A DNA stretch of 64,000 nt from Nanobdellota archaeon (GTDB taxonomy: Archaea > Nanobdellota > Nanobdellia > Woesearchaeales > DATGWN01): the NCBI GenBank assembly GCA_051819685.1, contig JBNJGI010000001.1, positions 18 to 64,017 of the forward strand. The letters run 5' to 3'. The first letter of the stretch is position 1; the number at the start of each line of letters is the position of its first letter. Shown here one piece after another: positions 58,562 to 64,000 of this stretch. The notes beneath the pieces were generated by a model. It did no database searches and was not told the DNA's origin. It worked only from the letters and a program-made list of their open reading frames with translations. The position numbers and the translations under genes are program-made.

Positions 58562-59719
58562 ATGAATTATAATTATAAGCATGAAATCTATAAGTTATAT
58601 CTTATAAAAACTTTAAAATGGTTTATGCTTATAATGCCTATTGTTGTAATATTCTTTCAAGAAAATGGCTTGAATTTAAAAAAAATAATGATATTACAAG
58701 CAATTTTCTCAATATCAATTATATTATTTGAAATACCTTCTGGATATTTTTCTGATGTATTGGGACGAAAAAAAACAATAATAATAGGATGTACTTTAGG
58801 ATTTATCGGTTTTTTTATCTATTCTGTATCTTATGGATTTTATGGTTTTCTTTTAGCAGAACTGATATTAGGTTTGGGTTCAAGTTTTATATCAGGCACT
58901 GATTCTGCAATGATATATGATATATTGTTGCAAAATAAAAAAGAAAAAAATTATACGAAAATAGAAGGAAGGATGAACGCTATAGGAAACTTTTCAGAAT
59001 CAACTGCGAGCATATTTGGAAGTTTAATTGCATTAATAAGTTTAAGATTGCCATTTTATGCTGAAACTGCAATAACATTTCTTACCATCCCTATAGCATT
59101 TACATTGATAGAGCCTAAAAGACATTTTGCAGAATCCTCTAAAAATCCCTTAAATGAAATACTGCGAATAGTAAAATACTCTATGCATCATAATAGAGAA
59201 ATAAAATGGTTGATTATATATTCAGGTTTTGTTGGAGCATCAACACTAACTATGGTTTGGTTCATACAACCTTATTTAAAACTAATAGGGGTTCCTTTGG
59301 CATTATTCGGATTAATCTGGGCTTTATTAAATTTTTCAGTTGGCATTTTTTCAATATATGCTTATAAAATTGAAAAATTACTTGGTAGAAAGATTTCTTT
59401 AGTATCATTAATAATTATATCCTTCATAGGTTATATTTTATTAGGACTTATAAACCAAATTTATGCTATAATTTTCATCTTCTTATTTTATTTAGTAAGA
59501 GGAATAAGCTTACCTATAATCAAAGATTACATAAACAAACTCATTTCTTCAAACATGAGAGCAACTGTTTTATCTGTAAAAAGCATGTTTGGAAGACTTA
59601 TATTTTCAATTATAGGTCCTTTTATCGGTTTTATGGCTGACTTTTATACACTACAAATAGCTTTTATCAATGCAGGTATCATTTTTCTTATTTTTGGGAT
59701 ATTATCATTATTATTTTAA
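58562..59719 (+). CDS. MFS transporter
   Basis: FEIPSGYFSDVLGRK, SGTDSAMIYD, RATVLS; many TM helices. Confidence 0.92.
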   Translation: MNYNYKHEIYKLYLIKTLKWFMLIMPIVVIFFQENGLNLKKIMILQAIFSISIILFEIPSGYFSDVLGRKKTIIIGCTLGFIGFFIYSVSYGFYGFLLAELILGLGSSFISGTDSAMIYDILLQNKKEKNYTKIEGRMNAIGNFSESTASIFGSLIALISLRLPFYAETAITFLTIPIAFTLIEPKRHFAESSKNPLNEILRIVKYSMHHNREIKWLIIYSGFVGASTLTMVWFIQPYLKLIGVPLALFGLIWALLNFSVGIFSIYAYKIEKLLGRKISLVSLIIISFIGYILLGLINQIYAIIFIFLFYLVRGISLPIIKDYINKLISSNMRATVLSVKSMFGRLIFSIIGPFIGFMADFYTLQIAFINAGIIFLIFGILSLLF

Positions 59720-59775
59720 CATAAAAACAAAGCACTTTAATAATATTTATAAACAAAATAAACAAAAAGTATAAT

Positions 59776-60477
59776 ATGACAAAAAAAAGTGGGAAAAATA
59801 AAAAACCAATTATAGAAATAAAACAAGCATGGAAAACATATCATGTAGGAAAAGTAGATGTACATGCTTTAAGAGGCTTGAATATATCAATCAATCCAGG
59901 TGAATTTGTCGCAATACAAGGACCTTCAGGAAGCGGTAAAAGCACTGCAATGAATTTAGTGGGTTGTCTTGACATACCAACAAAAGGTCATATCTATCTT
60001 GAAGGAAAAGATATTTCTCTAATGAAAGAAAGTGATCTTGCTCAGATAAGAGGTAGAAAAATAGGGTTTATATTTCAGAAATTCAATTTAATCCCTACTT
60101 TAAGCGCAAAAGAGAATATCAAACTACCTATGTCCTTCCAAGGAATTCCTGATGAAGAAAGAGATAAAAGAGCTGAAGAATTACTAAAATTAGTTGATCT
60201 GAAAGAAAGAATGGATCACCTTCCAACAGAATTATCAGGTGGTCAACAGCAAAGAGTTGCAATAGCAAGAGCCTTATCATTAGACCCTCCTGTAATACTA
60301 GCAGATGAGCCGACAGGAAACCTTGACTCAACAATGGGAACCAATGTCATGGAATTTTTAATGAAACTACATAAAGAAAAAAAGAAAACAATTGTAATGG
60401 TAACTCATGATGATGAGCTTGCACAATATGCTGACAGGATTCAAGTACTAAAAGATGGTCAGATAGTAAGTTCATAA
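59776..60477 (+). CDS. ABC transporter ATP-binding protein (LolD/MacB type)
   Basis: GPSGSGKST, LSGGQQQRVAIAR, LADEPTGNLD, VTHD. Confidence 0.95.
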   Translation: MTKKSGKNKKPIIEIKQAWKTYHVGKVDVHALRGLNISINPGEFVAIQGPSGSGKSTAMNLVGCLDIPTKGHIYLEGKDISLMKESDLAQIRGRKIGFIFQKFNLIPTLSAKENIKLPMSFQGIPDEERDKRAEELLKLVDLKERMDHLPTELSGGQQQRVAIARALSLDPPVILADEPTGNLDSTMGTNVMEFLMKLHKEKKKTIVMVTHDDELAQYADRIQVLKDGQIVSS

Positions 60478-60572
60478 AAAGTAAATTTAAGTTAACGAAA
60501 TAAGAATTTTTTATTCATGTCCTTGATTTAAACGATAAAGTTATAAATTAAAAAAATAAAGAGAATGATAAG

Positions 60573-61796
60573 ATGAAAAAAATAATAATGTTGATAGCAA
60601 TAATAATGGTCATGCCATTAGCTTTAGCTGCAAACAATACAATAGATGCATCGCCATTCAGGCCTCAACAAGAATCTTTGAAAGCCACATTCATTAATCA
60701 GGATCCCGATCCAGCAAGACCAGGAGAATATGTTGACTTGAAAATAAGAATTGATAATATGGGACAAGAAACAGCAAAAGATGTTGAAGTTAATTTTGTA
60801 GAAACATATCCTTTTGCATTAGATGCATCTGAAGAAAAAACAAAAAATTTAGGAAACATAGGGGCATTCAACGAGCAGGATTATGGTACAATTATTGAAT
60901 ACAAAGTGAGAGTGGATTCTAAAGCAGTAGAAGGGGATAATAAAGCGAAAATATCCTTGAAATCTACGAATAAAAACCCTGTAATCTATGAATTTGATGT
61001 AGAAGTAAAAACAGTTGATGCAGGTTTGATAGTAGAAAATGTTGAAACTGAACCCTCACAATTAACTCAAGGTAGTAAAGGAACATTAAGGATAGACCTT
61101 GAGAACCCTTCAGATTCTGTATTAAGGGAAGTCACAGTTTCTCTTGACTTATCTGATGATAATCTATTATTTGCGCCTATAGAATCTGCAAGCACAAAAA
61201 AATTAAACTACTTAAATCCTGGGAAAACAAGTACATTCAGATTCGGTCTTATGCCATTCCCTGAAGCACAATCAAAAGTATACAGGATACCTATAACTAT
61301 AAGCTATTATGACTCAACCAACAAAAAAGTAGAAAAATCAGAATTAATTGGTGTTATAGTAGGAAGCGAACCGGATATCAATTTTTATTCAGAAAATTTT
61401 GAGGTAGAAAACGGGAATAAAGGAACCCTTACAATAAATTCGGTCAATAAAGGTTTAATAGATGTAAAATTCCTTAATATAAAACTTGAAAATACTGATG
61501 ATTATGAAATATTATCAAGCAAGGAATATTATGTAGGGAGTGTTGATAGCGATGATTTTGAAACAGCAGAATTTGATATGAACATAAAAACAGAAAAGAA
61601 TAAATTTAATATTAAAGGAAATGTTGAATATAGAGATGCCAACAATAAACTTTTTACAAAGGAAATAAATTTTCCTATAAGAATAAATAATACAAAATCA
61701 GAAAGTTCTTTCAATTGGTTATATCTAGTCTTTGCTTTAATTATATCTTTTATAGGATATAAAATATGGAAGAAAAAAAAGGGAATGAAAAGATGA
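60573..61796 (+). CDS. COG1361 S-layer-domain protein
   Basis: Signal peptide, NQDPDPARPGEYV, tandem Ig-like domains, C-terminal TM. Confidence 0.8.
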   Translation: MKKIIMLIAIIMVMPLALAANNTIDASPFRPQQESLKATFINQDPDPARPGEYVDLKIRIDNMGQETAKDVEVNFVETYPFALDASEEKTKNLGNIGAFNEQDYGTIIEYKVRVDSKAVEGDNKAKISLKSTNKNPVIYEFDVEVKTVDAGLIVENVETEPSQLTQGSKGTLRIDLENPSDSVLREVTVSLDLSDDNLLFAPIESASTKKLNYLNPGKTSTFRFGLMPFPEAQSKVYRIPITISYYDSTNKKVEKSELIGVIVGSEPDINFYSENFEVENGNKGTLTINSVNKGLIDVKFLNIKLENTDDYEILSSKEYYVGSVDSDDFETAEFDMNIKTEKNKFNIKGNVEYRDANNKLFTKEINFPIRINNTKSESSFNWLYLVFALIISFIGYKIWKKKKGMKR

Positions 61797-61797
61797 A

Positions 61798-63021
61798 ATG
61801 GCAAGGATTAATGATTATCTAAAACTTGCATGGGAAAACATAAAGCATAAAAGGCTTAGGAGCTGGCTTACGCTTCTTGGCATTTTTATCGGCGTAGCTG
61901 CCGTAGTATCTTTAATTGGTCTTGGTGAAGGTCTTAAACTTGCAGTTTCTTCACAATTCGGAGTAAGTTCAACAGAAGTTATAACAGTACAGGCAGGAGG
62001 AATGACAGGCCAAGGTCCACCTGGGACTGGTGTTGCTAATCCGTTGATAGAAGATGATGCTGAAGATATAGAAAAAATTTCTACTGTAGATTTCGCAGTA
62101 ACAAGAATAATAGAACAAGTTAAATTTGAATATGATGATCAGTTAAGTTTCGGTTTCGCTGCAGATGTTCCTGATGGTGAAGAAAGAGACTTTGTCTATG
62201 ACAGTTTAGAACTTGAAGTAAAAGAAGGAAGATTTCTCAAAGATGGTGATGGCCAGAAAATAAATCTTGGCTACAATTTCGGAAAAGAAGAGAACAGGTT
62301 CGGAAAAAAGATAAGAGTTGGAGACAATATAAAAATAGAAAACAGAAATTTTGAAGTGGTCGGAATATATGAAAAACTTGGAAGCTTTATTTTTGATAAT
62401 ATAATAATAATTAACAGTGATACTCTGAAAAAATTAGTGGATAAAGAAGAAAAAGTTGATGTAATTGTTGCAAAAGTAAAAGATAAGGAATACATGGACA
62501 AAACAAAAGAAGAAATTGAAAAACTATTAAGGAAAAACCGTGATGTAGATGAAGGTGAGGAAGATTTTTCTGTTGAAACTCCCGAATCTTCTTTATCGAC
62601 AGTAAACGATGTCTTGACAGGAGTTCAAATATTCATATCCTTGATTGCAGCTATTTCAATTATTGTAGGAGCTATAGGAATAATAAACACTATGTTTACA
62701 TCAGTTGTAGAAAGAAGATCTCAGATTGGTATCATGAAAGCCTTAGGGGCTAAAAATTCAGATATTTTTTTTCAGTTCACCATAGAAGCCGGACTTATGG
62801 GATTAATAGGGGGTATAATAGGATCTATAGTAGGAGAGCTTATAGCATATTTAGGAACAATGGGATTAAGTTCTTTCCTAGGATCAGACATATCACCTTC
62901 GGTGAATTTCATATTGATAGGGTTGACTTTATTCGGAGCATTTATGATAGGGGCTATTTCCGGAACCATACCTGCTTTACAAGCAGCAAAACAAAATCCT
63001 GTTGATGCAATAAGGAGTTAA
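61798..63021 (+). CDS. ABC transporter permease (MacB/FtsX type)
   Basis: RSWLTLLGIFIGVAAVV, SVVERRSQIGIMKALGA, PALQAAKQNPVDAIR. Confidence 0.95.
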   Translation: MARINDYLKLAWENIKHKRLRSWLTLLGIFIGVAAVVSLIGLGEGLKLAVSSQFGVSSTEVITVQAGGMTGQGPPGTGVANPLIEDDAEDIEKISTVDFAVTRIIEQVKFEYDDQLSFGFAADVPDGEERDFVYDSLELEVKEGRFLKDGDGQKINLGYNFGKEENRFGKKIRVGDNIKIENRNFEVVGIYEKLGSFIFDNIIIINSDTLKKLVDKEEKVDVIVAKVKDKEYMDKTKEEIEKLLRKNRDVDEGEEDFSVETPESSLSTVNDVLTGVQIFISLIAAISIIVGAIGIINTMFTSVVERRSQIGIMKALGAKNSDIFFQFTIEAGLMGLIGGIIGSIVGELIAYLGTMGLSSFLGSDISPSVNFILIGLTLFGAFMIGAISGTIPALQAAKQNPVDAIRS

Positions 63022-63022
63022 A

Positions 63023-64000
63023 ATGATAACTTTACAAAACTTAAAATATTCATTAAGAAACCTCTGGATGAGGAAAGGTAGAAGTTTTCTTACAATTTTC
63101 TCCATTTTCATAGGCATCGCTACAGTCTTCATATTCATAAGTTTTGGATGGGGATTGTATGATTATATTGAAGAACTTACTGAAGGTGGTTCAGCCAATA
63201 AATTTTGGGTGCAAGGAAAAGGTTCAGGAGCTCCGGGAACTTCTGAAATAAAACTTAATGATGATGACGTCGATGCAATAGAAAAAACGAGAGGCGTATT
63301 TGACACTTCAGGAGTTCACTTCAAATCTATACAATTAAAAGAAAATGATGTGTTGCGTTACGTTTATCTGACAGGTTATAATCCTGATAAAAATCTCCTC
63401 ATGGAATCATTCGACATAGGTATAGAAAAAGGAAGGATGCTTGAAGATGATGATACGAATAAAGTAATTTTAGGGTATAATTATATGGTAGAAGATAAAA
63501 TATTCCCTGATAAATTTGAAATAAATGATAAAATTATGATAAACGAGAAAAAATTCCGTATAATAGGGTTCTTAGAGTCAATCGGAAATCCTGCTGATGA
63601 TTCTAATGTATACATGCCAAAAGAATCTTTTGAAAACTTATTCCCTGAAGTAGATTCCTATTCCATGATAGTTGGTGAAGCAGATAAAGAAAAAATTGAA
63701 AAAACAGTAAAAAGTGTTGAAAAAAACCTAAGAAAATCAAGAAATGAAGAAGAAGGAAAAGAAACTTTTGTGGTAACCTCTTTTGAAGAACAACTGGAAT
63801 CGTTCAGTACAATACTTAACATGGTAATAGGATTCGTCATATTTATAGCTTTTATTTCAGTCATAGTATCAGCAATAAACACAGCAAACACTATGATAAC
63901 TTCTGTTCTTGAAAGACTGAGGGAAATAGGTATAATAAAATCTATAGGAGCTAAAAACTCTGAAATATTTAACATTTTTCTTCTGGAATCAAGTATACTG
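63023..64000 (+). CDS. Second MacB/FtsX-type ABC permease (partial, runs off window)
   Basis: MITLQNLKYSLRNLWMRKGRSFLTIFSIFIGIA..NTMITSVLERLREIGIIKSIGA. Confidence 0.9.
   Translation, partial: MITLQNLKYSLRNLWMRKGRSFLTIFSIFIGIATVFIFISFGWGLYDYIEELTEGGSANKFWVQGKGSGAPGTSEIKLNDDDVDAIEKTRGVFDTSGVHFKSIQLKENDVLRYVYLTGYNPDKNLLMESFDIGIEKGRMLEDDDTNKVILGYNYMVEDKIFPDKFEINDKIMINEKKFRIIGFLESIGNPADDSNVYMPKESFENLFPEVDSYSMIVGEADKEKIEKTVKSVEKNLRKSRNEEEGKETFVVTSFEEQLESFSTILNMVIGFVIFIAFISVIVSAINTANTMITSVLERLREIGIIKSIGAKNSEIFNIFLLESSIL

Noticed and set aside
59717..59740. Stop readthrough at the MFS C-terminus (LLF*HKNKAL*)
   Set aside because: Only six extra codons; at most a minor truncation, with no sign of an alternative code elsewhere.

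Overview
AT-rich archaeal chromosomal segment, most likely DPANN (Woesearchaeota/Pacearchaeota-like; inferred from gene content). Archaeal markers: ribosomal proteins L34e, L14e, S6e, S17e, L24e, S28e, L7Ae, plus aIF2-gamma, Cdc6/Orc1, histone, Alba, ABCE1, RNase Z and an intron-containing tRNA-Leu(CAA). Several enzymes are bacterial-type (MetK, class II LysRS, DnaQ-like exonuclease, a two-component pair). Notable structures: (1) two families of non-autonomous miniature elements in most larger intergenic gaps: element A (~154 bp, GGCACA ends, 8-bp target duplication) and element B (~150 bp, TAGTAG ends), with nested, inverted, deleted and apparently composite forms; (2) a 12-gene operon of class III signal-peptide (pilin-like) proteins, two more pilins and a prepilin peptidase; (3) an operon of three giant soluble coiled-coil proteins; (4) two divergent FG-GAP-repeat surface proteins; (5) K-turn-like motifs in the L7Ae leader and tRNA intron; (6) loss of metal-binding cysteines in translation proteins, including one whole Fe-S cluster site of ABCE1; (7) tRNA 3'-end duplications resembling attachment-site scars. 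No CRISPR array, rRNA, transposase or integrase was seen. All calls are by-eye motif recognition with no database searches.
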